Origin: an uncultured Mycoplasmatota bacterium
GTDB taxonomy: Bacteria > Bacillota_I > Bacilli_A > RF39 > UBA660
Assembly (NCBI GenBank): GCA_946402735.1
Contig: CAMIXH010000001.1
Location: 239,175 to 303,174, forward strand
Reading direction: 5' to 3'
Length of the DNA: 64,000 bases
Shown: piece by piece, positions 47,171 to 56,460 of the stretch
Layout: every line of letters begins with the position of its first letter
Position numbering within the stretch: position 1 is the stretch's first letter
Program-made: the position numbers and the translations under genes
Notes under the pieces: model-generated
The model's input: the letters and a program-made list of their open reading frames with translations, nothing else
The model's database searches: none
Told to the model about the DNA's origin: nothing

Positions 47171-47810
47171 AAATGTAATATTTATATTAGTTAGTATAAT
47201 TGTATTAATAGTTGTTGGTATTAGTGTGTCTTATTCATATTTTGTTGTCACTAGTAATGGAAAAGATAATACTATTAGTGTAGGAGACTTAGATGTTAGT
47301 TTTTGTGAAGATGAATCTTGTGAAAAAAACTATGCTAATTTTGGTAAAGTAATTGGAACAAAAAATGTTAATGGGAAAAGTGAACTTGAAAGTATATATC
47401 CATATGCAACAGATGAAGAGGCATTACTAAAAGATCCATACATATTTAATATTAAAAATAAAGGTAGTCTTGATACTAATATTACTGTAAGACTTACTGA
47501 AGATACTGATTATAAACCTTCTAAGGATAAAGAAGAGTTTACTAATTTAACTGAATTATATTCAAATTATATTAAAGTAGCTGTATCAAATTGTGATAAT
47601 GGTATTGATAGAAAGAATGTAACTATTAAAAAATATGGTTCACTTCTTGATAATATTATTATTGAATTTGAAACAATACCAAAGGGTACTGATAAAACAT
47701 ATTGTTTATGGACTTATTTAGATTCTACAACACCAAATGAAGTACAAAATACATACTTTGTAGCTAATTTAAGTTTCAAAGCACAATATTTACCAGAGAC
47801 TACAAATTAG
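47157..47810 (+). CDS. membrane-anchored (signal-anchor) extracytoplasmic hypothetical protein
   Basis: N-terminal [29 protein letters not shown] followed by a ~190 aa soluble domain. Overlaps the upstream ORF's stop by 14 nt. Confidence 0.5.
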   Translation: MKESKNVIFILVSIIVLIVVGISVSYSYFVVTSNGKDNTISVGDLDVSFCEDESCEKNYANFGKVIGTKNVNGKSELESIYPYATDEEALLKDPYIFNIKNKGSLDTNITVRLTEDTDYKPSKDKEEFTNLTELYSNYIKVAVSNCDNGIDRKNVTIKKYGSLLDNIIIEFETIPKGTDKTYCLWTYLDSTTPNEVQNTYFVANLSFKAQYLPETTN

Positions 47811-47848
47811 AGTTTAAAAAACTCTTTTTTTATGTTAAAATTAATGTC

Positions 47849-49633
47849 ATGGAAAGAGAAAAGATTAAAAATTTTTGTATTATAGCTCATATAGATCATG
47901 GTAAAAGTACTCTAGCTGATAGAATACTTGATATTACTGGTGCTGTAAGTGAAAGAGAAAGAAAAGATCAAATCTTAGATTCTATGGAACTTGAGCGAGA
48001 AAGAGGTATAACTATTAAGTTAAATGCTGTTGAACTTAAATATAAAGGATATACTCTTCATTTAATAGATACACCAGGACATGTAGATTTTAATTATGAG
48101 GTTTCTCGTAGTCTAGCTGCTTGTGAAGGAGCTATTTTAGTTGTGGATGCAACTCAAGGAATAGAGGCACAAACACTAGCTAATCTATATTTAGCACTTG
48201 ATGCTAATTTAAAGATTATTCCAGTTATTAATAAAATAGATTTACCAAATGCTAATCCTGAAAAAGTAAAAGATGAACTTGTTAACACAATAGGTTTTGA
48301 ACGTGATGAAATTTTATGTGTATCAGGTAAAACTGGAGAAGGTGTAGAAGAACTATTAGATGCAGTAATTGATAGAATTCCATCTCCAACAGGTAAAAAT
48401 GATAAATTTAGAGCTTTGATATTTGATAGTTATTTTGATCCATATAAAGGTGTAGTAATATTAATTAGAGTTATAGATGGAAAAGTTAAAGTAGGAGATA
48501 AGATTAGGTTTATAAATTCTAATCAAGTATATGAAGTATTAGAACTTGGTAAACATACTCCTCATGAAATTAAGAAAAATGAACTATCAAGTGGAGAAGT
48601 AGGATTCTTAAGTGGATCTATTAAAAGTATTACTGAAGTTGAAGTAGGAGATACTATATGTCATGAAGGTGATGAAGTAGAAGTATTACCTGGATATAAG
48701 AAAGTAAAACCAATGGTTTTTTCTGGTATTTATCCAATTGACTCTACTAAATATAATTTATTAAAAGAATCCCTTCAAAAATTAAAATTAAGTGATGCTT
48801 CTTTAACATTTGAACCAGAAACATCAGTAGCACTTGGTTTTGGATTTAGATGTGGTTTCTTAGGACTTCTTCATATGGAAATTATTGAAGAAAGATTAGA
48901 AAGAGAATTTAATCTAGATATAATCGCAACATCTCCTTCTGTTATATATGAAGTAGTACTTAGTGATGGAAGTAGTGTTATGATTGATTCTCCATCTAAG
49001 ATGCCAGAAGCAACAAAGATATCTAAAATATTAGAACCATATGTTAAAGCAAATATATATGTACCTGGTGAATATGTTGGTTCTATTATGGAATTATGTC
49101 AAAATAAAAGAGGTATATATAAAACAATAGATTATATAGATGAATCAAGAGTATGTATTACATATGAACTTCCTTTAAGTGAAATAGTATATGATTTCTT
49201 TGATAAATTAAAGAGTTTTACTAAAGGATATGCATCATTTGATTATGATTTAATTGGTTATTTTGAAAGTAAACTTGTTAAAATGGATATAATGCTTAAT
49301 GGTGAAATAGTTGATGCCCTAAGTATAATAGTTCATAAAGATTTTGCATATAATAGAGGTAGTGTTATTTGTAAGAATTTAAAGAAAATAATACCTCGTC
49401 AAATGTTCCAAGTACCAATTCAAGCATGTATTGGTTCTAAAGTAATAGCAAGAGAAGATATTTCAGCTATGAAGAAAAATGTACTTGCTAAATGTTATGG
49501 TGGAGATGTTTCAAGAAAAAGAAAACTTCTAGAAAAACAAAAAGAAGGAAAGAAAAGAATGAAACAAGTAGGTAGTGTATCTATTCCACAAGAAGCTTTT
49601 TTAACAATACTTAGTACTGATCAAAAAGAATAA
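47849..49633 (+). CDS. lepA: translation elongation factor 4 (LepA)
   Basis: G domain ([21 protein letters not shown]) and the LepA-specific C-terminal domain. Confidence 0.95.
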   Translation: MEREKIKNFCIIAHIDHGKSTLADRILDITGAVSERERKDQILDSMELERERGITIKLNAVELKYKGYTLHLIDTPGHVDFNYEVSRSLAACEGAILVVDATQGIEAQTLANLYLALDANLKIIPVINKIDLPNANPEKVKDELVNTIGFERDEILCVSGKTGEGVEELLDAVIDRIPSPTGKNDKFRALIFDSYFDPYKGVVILIRVIDGKVKVGDKIRFINSNQVYEVLELGKHTPHEIKKNELSSGEVGFLSGSIKSITEVEVGDTICHEGDEVEVLPGYKKVKPMVFSGIYPIDSTKYNLLKESLQKLKLSDASLTFEPETSVALGFGFRCGFLGLLHMEIIEERLEREFNLDIIATSPSVIYEVVLSDGSSVMIDSPSKMPEATKISKILEPYVKANIYVPGEYVGSIMELCQNKRGIYKTIDYIDESRVCITYELPLSEIVYDFFDKLKSFTKGYASFDYDLIGYFESKLVKMDIMLNGEIVDALSIIVHKDFAYNRGSVICKNLKKIIPRQMFQVPIQACIGSKVIAREDISAMKKNVLAKCYGGDVSRKRKLLEKQKEGKKRMKQVGSVSIPQEAFLTILSTDQKE

Positions 49634-49725
49634 TATAGAATTATTCTTTTTATTTTAAAAAAATATGTTTTTATTTTTATTTAAATATGTTATAATACAT
49701 TTATAGTAGAATAAGAGGGAAAATT

Positions 49726-51303
49726 ATGGTACTAAGAAGTGTAATGAACGAATTTGTATTATTTTTTAATGCCATTAAAAACGGTGTAATATACGTATTT
49801 GTTACTTTACCTATTAATATAAAAGAAGTAATGAAAATCAAACCTGATGAAATGGATTTACCTAATGGAAGCGTTGCTGAAGCTGTTTCTAGAGGTGAAT
49901 ATGCATCAGATCAATTACTTGGTAAGGAGCAGAACGAAGATTTAGTACAGAGTGTTAGTAGCTGGATGAAAACTCAGTATGAGAAGATTCCAGCAGTTAA
50001 AAAGAAAAAAGAAGAATTTGAAGCTTCTTTAAAACCAATAGTTATTGATGGTAGCGGTGAAGATGGTGTTAAATCGGTAGAAAAGGTTTTATATCAATAC
50101 ATCGCAAGAGATAAAAATGGTAATATAGTAAAAGCTTATTTCCCAGCTTATTCTAGATTAGACGTTTATTCTTATTTAACTGATGAAGGAATGACAGTAT
50201 ATTCAATTGAAGCAAATAAAAATACTGGTTTCCTTAATACTAGTGGTTCATTTCTTAAAACTAAAATGGCTACTAAAGACTTGGTATTCTGGCTTGCACA
50301 ACTTTCTACTTATGTTAAAACAGGTATCCCACTTACAGATGGTGTTAGAGTTTTAGCAGACCAAGATAAAAGAAGAAAATATAAAGGATTATATAAATCA
50401 TTAATATTCGAGTTAACAACTGGACAAACATTCTCAGAAGCTTTAAAACGTCAAGGTAATGCGTTCCCTCCATTACTTATAAACATGGTTAAATCTTCTG
50501 AAATGATTGGAGAAGTTGAAAAAACACTTGATGATATGTCAGCATATTATCAAGAGCAACTAGAAACAAAGAAAGCTATTGTTGGTGCAATGGCATACCC
50601 AACAGTAGTTATGGTATTCGCAATTGGAATCGTTATATTCATGCTTACATATATCGTTCCTAAATTCGTTGAAGTTTATAAATCAATGAATGCGCCAATA
50701 AATGCCATTACGCAAATATGTTTAGACTTGTCAGCATTCTTGCAAAATAATTATTTAACTTTGATAGGTGTAATAGTTGGAGTCATTATTACATTCTTCT
50801 ACTTATATAAGAGAGTTAAAGCATTTAGAGTAGGAGTACAAAGAATATTAATGCACTTACCAATAGTAGGTAGATTAATGATAGCAAAGGAACTAAACCT
50901 ATTCTCAAGAACATTTGCTTCTTTACAAAAGAACAATGTATTACTTACTGATAGTATTGATATTTTAGCTAAAATAACAAATAATGAAATATATAGAGAC
51001 TTGATGCTTAGAACAATCAACAACTTAATTAAAGGTAATAAAATGAGTGATACTTTCTCTAATCACTGGGCTATTCCAGAGATAGCAAGTTTCATGATTC
51101 AAACTGGTGAATCTACTGGTGAACTTGCTGAAATGTTAGATAAAGTAGCTGATTATTACGCAAAAGAACAAAAGAATACAGTTGGATCTATTAAGACATT
51201 CATTGAACCAGTTATGATTATATCATTAGCTGTAGTAGTTGGATTTATCTTAATTGCAATATTAGTTCCAATGTTCGATGTATATTCTACAGTTCAAACA
51301 TAG
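49726..51303 (+). CDS. type IV pilus / type II secretion platform protein (PilC/GspF/ComGB family) with N-terminal extension
   Basis: Two T2SSF repeats and three TM helices. PilC N-domain-like block YQYIARDKNGNIVKAYFPAYSRLDVYSYLTDEGMTVYSIE. RBS AAGAGGGA. Confidence 0.8.
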   Translation: MVLRSVMNEFVLFFNAIKNGVIYVFVTLPINIKEVMKIKPDEMDLPNGSVAEAVSRGEYASDQLLGKEQNEDLVQSVSSWMKTQYEKIPAVKKKKEEFEASLKPIVIDGSGEDGVKSVEKVLYQYIARDKNGNIVKAYFPAYSRLDVYSYLTDEGMTVYSIEANKNTGFLNTSGSFLKTKMATKDLVFWLAQLSTYVKTGIPLTDGVRVLADQDKRRKYKGLYKSLIFELTTGQTFSEALKRQGNAFPPLLINMVKSSEMIGEVEKTLDDMSAYYQEQLETKKAIVGAMAYPTVVMVFAIGIVIFMLTYIVPKFVEVYKSMNAPINAITQICLDLSAFLQNNYLTLIGVIVGVIITFFYLYKRVKAFRVGVQRILMHLPIVGRLMIAKELNLFSRTFASLQKNNVLLTDSIDILAKITNNEIYRDLMLRTINNLIKGNKMSDTFSNHWAIPEIASFMIQTGESTGELAEMLDKVADYYAKEQKNTVGSIKTFIEPVMIISLAVVVGFILIAILVPMFDVYSTVQT

Positions 51304-51314
51304 TAGGGGGATTT

Positions 51315-52082
51315 ATGGACGTATTTATAATCGTATGGTTAGTTATATTCGGAAGTGTTTTCGGGAGTTTTCTAGCTTGTATGGGATATAGAATACCAAA
51401 TAAAATAAAAACTACTTACCCAAGTAGTTTTTGTAATAATTGTAAAAAGCCTTTAAAATGGTATATGAATATTCCAATAATCTCATATATCATTTTAGGA
51501 GGTAAATGTGCATATTGTCATAAAAAAATAGGATTGATATATTTCTTTTGTGAATTATTATGTGCGATATTATTTGGTTTTAATTATTATCTATTCAAGT
51601 TTGATTTTAACTTCTTTATATCTACAATATTAACTTGTATGTTAATAGTAACAATTGTTAGTGATTTTGAATTCTATTATATATCAGATAGAATACTAAT
51701 CATTGGAGGAATGTTAATTATATTTGTTTCATTTATATTCTTAGAAAAGAATGAAGCACTTATGAGACTTGTAAGTGGACTAATAATGTTTATTGTTATG
51801 TTTGGAATAAAACTAATGGGTAATAGAATGTTTAATAGAGAATCTCTAGGAGATGGAGATATTAAACTAATGGGTATTATTGGATTATCTGTTGGATTAT
51901 TAAATTCATTTGTAGCCTTATTCTTTGGCTCTCTAACAGGTATATTCTTTGCTATTGCTAGTATTAAGAATAATAAAGATGGACTTATTCCATTTGGGCC
52001 ATTCCTTATAATAGGAGCACTCATGGTAGTTTATTTATCGCAATATATAAACCCATATTTAGAACAATTATTAGCTATTTAA
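51315..52082 (+). CDS. prepilin peptidase (A24 family, PilD/ComC-like)
   Basis: N-terminal zinc-binding CNNCKKP…CAYCHKKI and catalytic Asp region GDGDIKLMGIIG. Polytopic. RBS AGGGGGA. Confidence 0.85.
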   Translation: MDVFIIVWLVIFGSVFGSFLACMGYRIPNKIKTTYPSSFCNNCKKPLKWYMNIPIISYIILGGKCAYCHKKIGLIYFFCELLCAILFGFNYYLFKFDFNFFISTILTCMLIVTIVSDFEFYYISDRILIIGGMLIIFVSFIFLEKNEALMRLVSGLIMFIVMFGIKLMGNRMFNRESLGDGDIKLMGIIGLSVGLLNSFVALFFGSLTGIFFAIASIKNNKDGLIPFGPFLIIGALMVVYLSQYINPYLEQLLAI

Positions 52083-52166
52083 ACACCTTATTAAAAGGTG
52101 TTTTTCTTTACTTTTAAGCCATTTTATAGTATAATATGGGACAATTAAAAGAGGGGGGTGAAGTGT

Positions 52167-52853
52167 ATGCAAAGTGTTATACAATATAATAAAGATCTAC
52201 AAGGAAGAAAAATTGGAGAAGGTGTATTTGCATCAGTTTATTTAACAAGTCATAATAAAGCTTTTAAAAGATTTAAAGATCCTGAAAACTTTATTGATTG
52301 TGTTAAATGGTTACAAAAAGCAAATAGTTCATTATATGTATTTCCAGAACAATTAGTATATTGTGATGATATGTTTATTGGATATATTATGGAATATGTA
52401 GATGGACTTGAAATAAAAAACTTAACTGGTGATATTGAATTAAAAGATTATATTAAAGCATTAAAAGTAGCAGAATACGCTATTGCTGGTTTAAACCATT
52501 ATAGAGTTCATACATTTGATTTAAATGCTGGAAATGTAATATATACTAAAGATAATAGATTTAAGGTTATAGATACTGATTTATATTATAAAGCTGATAC
52601 TGTTAAAGGATTATACTCATCTAACTTATCAGATTTTGCTATTACTTCACTAAGACCATTCTTTGATATTGAAGTAACTAGATTTGATGATAATAGATTA
52701 AGAAGCGAAAAAGATAAAATATATTATGGTTATACAAAACCATCTAGATTTATAGAAATGGTTCTAGAATATATGAATTTAAGAAACATTAATGGAGTTA
52801 AATTATCAGATTTTAGTAATGAATTAAAATTACTTTACAAGATAGATGAATAG
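52167..52853 (+). CDS. small protein-kinase-like fold protein (atypical kinase; RIO/Kdo-kinase-like size)
   Basis: Gly-rich loop IGEGVFASVY, Lys in AFKRFK, catalytic-loop-like HTFDLNAGN, and a DFG-like IDTD. ATG at 52167, 9 nt after GAGGGGGG. Confidence 0.5.
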   Translation: MQSVIQYNKDLQGRKIGEGVFASVYLTSHNKAFKRFKDPENFIDCVKWLQKANSSLYVFPEQLVYCDDMFIGYIMEYVDGLEIKNLTGDIELKDYIKALKVAEYAIAGLNHYRVHTFDLNAGNVIYTKDNRFKVIDTDLYYKADTVKGLYSSNLSDFAITSLRPFFDIEVTRFDDNRLRSEKDKIYYGYTKPSRFIEMVLEYMNLRNINGVKLSDFSNELKLLYKIDE

Positions 52854-52879
52854 TGTTATAATTTAACCATTGTTAAAAA

Positions 52880-53091
52880 CAAATGAGGAAGACGTTATAT
52901 AACAAAAGCTTAATAGAGAGTTAGTGTTTGGTGGAAACTAATAAGAAAGTTATATATGAATCACTTCTAATGTTGCTTATGGATAAGATAAGCACGTGTT
53001 ATATAAACACGTTATCAAATAAAGTTAATTTAAGGATGGTACCGTCATATTATGACTCCTTGTACTATCCTTTTTATTTTGGGAGGAAAGT
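52880..53091 (+). promoter_or_regulatory. T-box riboswitch leader (Ile specifier candidate AUC-A) upstream of ileS
   Basis: Stem I element AGAGAGTTAGTGTTTGGTGGAAACTAATAA and an AATCAC specifier candidate. T-box AAGGATGGTACCGTC with terminator GGATGGTACCGTCATA…TATGACTCCTTGTACTATCC plus a T-run. Confidence 0.7.
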
Positions 53092-56000
53092 ATGAAAAAA
53101 TTTGAAAGTCTTGAAAATGGAAAAGTAAGTGAAGTTAATAAAAGACAAATAGAAGGTTGGAAAAAACAAGATATTTTCAATAAGTCTATAGAAAATAGAA
53201 ATGATGCTAAGAATTTCGTTTTTTATGATGGACCTGCTACTGCTAATGGTAATCCTGGACTTCATCATATGGTAGCTAAGCTATTAAAAGATGCAGTTTG
53301 TAAATATAAGACTATGCAAGGATACAAAGTTATTCGTAAAGTAGGATGGGATACTCATGGTTTACCAGTAGAAGTTCAAGTAGAAAAAGAACTTGGTTTT
53401 TCAGGTAAAGGTGATATTGAGAAATATGGTATTAAAGAATTCAATCAAAAATGTCGTGAATCAGTATGGAAGAATGTGGATTCATTTAATAGATTAACTG
53501 ATGAAATGGGACAATTTATTGATCTTGAGCATCCATATATAACATATGATAATGATTATATTGAAACAGAATGGTATATATTAAAGAAATTCTTTGATGA
53601 AGGATTATTCTATGAAGGAGTTAAAATAGTGCCATGGTGTCCTAGATGTGGAACAGGACTAGCATCTCATGAAGTAGCTCAAGGTTATGAAACAATAACA
53701 GCAAATACTGTAATCGTACCATTTAAAAGAAGCGATGCTGATGAGTATTTCTTAGTATGGACAACAACTCCATGGACTTTAATATCTAATGTAGCACTTT
53801 GTGTTAATCCAGATGCAGACTATGTTAAAGTAGAAAGTAAAGGATATATATTTATATTAGGAAAAACTTTAGTACATAGTGTTCTTGGAGATGATGTTAA
53901 AGTATTAGAAGAATTCAAAGGAAAAGATTTAGAATATATAAAATATGATCAATTATTACCATTCCTAAAAACAGAAAATGATAATGGATTTATAGTTACA
54001 TGTGATGAGTATGTTACTACTGAAGATGGTACTGGTATAGTTCATATTGCTCCTGCTTTTGGTCAAGATGATGCTAATGTTGGAAAGAAATATAAACTTC
54101 CATATTTAAATCCTGTTGCTGAAGATGCAACATATACTGATGGACCATGGAAGGGTATGAATATATTTGATGCTGACTTAGAAGTAATAAAATGGTTAAA
54201 AGAAAATGATAAATTATTTAGTAAACAAAAAATGGAACATGATTATCCACATTGTTGGAGATGTCATAGTCCACTTGTATACTATAGTAGACCAAGTTAT
54301 TATTTAGAAGTAACAAAGATAAAAGATAAAATAATTGAAGCAAATAGTAAAGTAAATTGGTTCCCAACATTTGTTGGAGAAAAGAGATTTGCTAATTGGT
54401 TAACTAATCTAAATGATTGGGCAATATCAAGAAATAGATATTGGGGTACACCACTTCCACTTTGGAAATGTGAATGTGGCCATATGGAAATGATAGGTTC
54501 AAGAGATGAATTAAAAGAAAGAGCAATTGAAAAGGTTGATCCTAAGACAATTGACTTACATAGACCATATGTAGATGATATTCATTTGAAATGTCCTAAG
54601 TGTGGAAAAGTAATGAATCGTACTGAAGAAGTAATAGATTGTTGGTTTGATAGTGGTGCTATGCCATTTAGTCAATATCATTATCCATTTGAAAATAAGG
54701 AATTATGGAAAAGCCAATTCCCAGCAGATTTTATCTCAGAGGGAATTGATCAAACAAGAGGATGGTTCTATTCATTACTTGTTATTAGTACATTCCTAGA
54801 AGGAGTTAGTCCATATAAAAATGTACTTGTAAATGAATTATTACTTGATAAGTTTGGTCAAAAGATGCATAAGTCTAAAGGTAATGCAGTTGAACCATTT
54901 AGTATATTAAATGAATATGGTGCTGATGCTGTTAGATGGTATATGTTATATACTTCTCCAGTATGGACACCACTAAAGTTTGATGAAGATGGTGTTAAAG
55001 AAGTATTATTTAAATTCTTTAGTACTTTAAAGAATACTTATTCATTCTTTGAAATATATGCAAATGCTGATAATTTGGATCCAAGAGATTTTGAAGTTAA
55101 ATATAGTGATTTAGATCAAATTGATAAATGGTTAATATCTAAATTTAATAGTTTAGTTAAAAATGTAACAGAATATATGGATAAATATGATTTAAATAAA
55201 GTAGTACACTTTATAACTGACTTTGTTTGTGATGATTTATCTAACTGGTATATTAGAAGAAATAGAAGAAGATTCTGGGAAAGTGAACTTACTACATCAA
55301 AGAAAGCTGTTTATCAAACAACATATGAAGTATTATGTGGAGTATGTAAGTTAATCGCACCAGTTAGTCCATTTATGGCTGATGAAATATATACTAAATT
55401 AACTGGAGAAGAAAGTGTTCATTTAGCTGATTATCCAAAAGTTAATAGTAGACACATTAATAAAGAGCTAGAAGAAAAGATGGATTTAGTAATTGAATTA
55501 ATAAGTTACTTAAGAAACATAAGAGAAGAAGCTAAGATTAAAGTACGTCAACCAATTAGTGATGTAATAATCGAAAGTAAATATAAAGAAAAGATCGGTG
55601 AATTTGAAGATTTAATTAAAGAAGAATTAAATGCTAAAAATGTAATATGGGCTAGCGATATGAGTGAATATCTAACTGTAAGTTATAAACCTAACTTCAA
55701 AGTAGTAGGTAAGACACTTGGAAGCAATATGAAAGAATTTACTGATCTACTTAATAATCTAAGTGAAGAGGATGCTAAGAAAATAGAAGCGGGTACATAT
55801 GACTTCAAAGGAAATACTATTGATAGTACTTGTGTATTAAAAGATATAACTTCTAAAGAAGGTTATAAAGCAGTTATGTTAAATTATAAGAAAGTAGCAA
55901 TAAATACTACTTTAACTAGAGATTTAATTAACGAAGGAATTGCTCGTGAGATAGTTTCTAAAGTTCAAAATTTAAGAAAAACAAGCAATTTTGATATTAC

Positions 56001-56181
56001 AGATAGAATAAGTTTTGTATATAATGGACCAGATGAAATCAAAGATGCAGTAAATGAATTTAGAGATTATATAATGGGTGAAGTATTAGCTGTTTCTCAA
56101 GAAGAAGACTCTAATGCTGATACAGAATTAAAAATCAACGATTATACAATGTATGTCACAATAAAGCAAATAAAGAAATAG
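53092..56181 (+). CDS. ileS: isoleucine--tRNA ligase
   Basis: 1029 aa with a P…GLHH-type HIGH motif, KMHKSKGN (KMSKS), a CP1 editing domain, and a zinc-binding CPKCG. Confidence 0.95.
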   Translation: MKKFESLENGKVSEVNKRQIEGWKKQDIFNKSIENRNDAKNFVFYDGPATANGNPGLHHMVAKLLKDAVCKYKTMQGYKVIRKVGWDTHGLPVEVQVEKELGFSGKGDIEKYGIKEFNQKCRESVWKNVDSFNRLTDEMGQFIDLEHPYITYDNDYIETEWYILKKFFDEGLFYEGVKIVPWCPRCGTGLASHEVAQGYETITANTVIVPFKRSDADEYFLVWTTTPWTLISNVALCVNPDADYVKVESKGYIFILGKTLVHSVLGDDVKVLEEFKGKDLEYIKYDQLLPFLKTENDNGFIVTCDEYVTTEDGTGIVHIAPAFGQDDANVGKKYKLPYLNPVAEDATYTDGPWKGMNIFDADLEVIKWLKENDKLFSKQKMEHDYPHCWRCHSPLVYYSRPSYYLEVTKIKDKIIEANSKVNWFPTFVGEKRFANWLTNLNDWAISRNRYWGTPLPLWKCECGHMEMIGSRDELKERAIEKVDPKTIDLHRPYVDDIHLKCPKCGKVMNRTEEVIDCWFDSGAMPFSQYHYPFENKELWKSQFPADFISEGIDQTRGWFYSLLVISTFLEGVSPYKNVLVNELLLDKFGQKMHKSKGNAVEPFSILNEYGADAVRWYMLYTSPVWTPLKFDEDGVKEVLFKFFSTLKNTYSFFEIYANADNLDPRDFEVKYSDLDQIDKWLISKFNSLVKNVTEYMDKYDLNKVVHFITDFVCDDLSNWYIRRNRRRFWESELTTSKKAVYQTTYEVLCGVCKLIAPVSPFMADEIYTKLTGEESVHLADYPKVNSRHINKELEEKMDLVIELISYLRNIREEAKIKVRQPISDVIIESKYKEKIGEFEDLIKEELNAKNVIWASDMSEYLTVSYKPNFKVVGKTLGSNMKEFTDLLNNLSEEDAKKIEAGTYDFKGNTIDSTCVLKDITSKEGYKAVMLNYKKVAINTTLTRDLINEGIAREIVSKVQNLRKTSNFDITDRISFVYNGPDEIKDAVNEFRDYIMGEVLAVSQEEDSNADTELKINDYTMYVTIKQIKK

Positions 56182-56204
56182 GTAGAAATATCTATTTCTT
56201 TTAT
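56173..56204 (+). terminator. rho-independent terminator overlapping the ileS stop codon
   Basis: Hairpin AAGAAATAG-gtagaaatat-CTATTTCTT plus a T-run. Confidence 0.65.
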
Positions 56205-56460
56205 TATGTTTTTTTATGTCATTTTTTTGAAAACAAGTATTAAATTTTAGAGTGTAAAGCGAACAAATTCAATCCTATATTGAGATTTTGCCTTAAATAG
56301 GGGCTTTGATGTTTTTTGAAAAGACTTTTTCAAAAAGTCAAGATGTAAAATTTCGTTAATTTTGAAAAAATCGTCATAAAAAACATTTACTTTTGTCCAT
56401 AAATAATTTAATATGATATTAGTGTTAAGGATAACTTAACAGAAAAGGTGAGGATAATAT

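Noticed and set aside
56205-56460. NrdR boxes upstream of nrdD
   Set aside because: Only weak partial matches (e.g. ATGATATTAGTGTT) were found, with no tandem pair of 16-bp boxes. The organism may lack NrdR.
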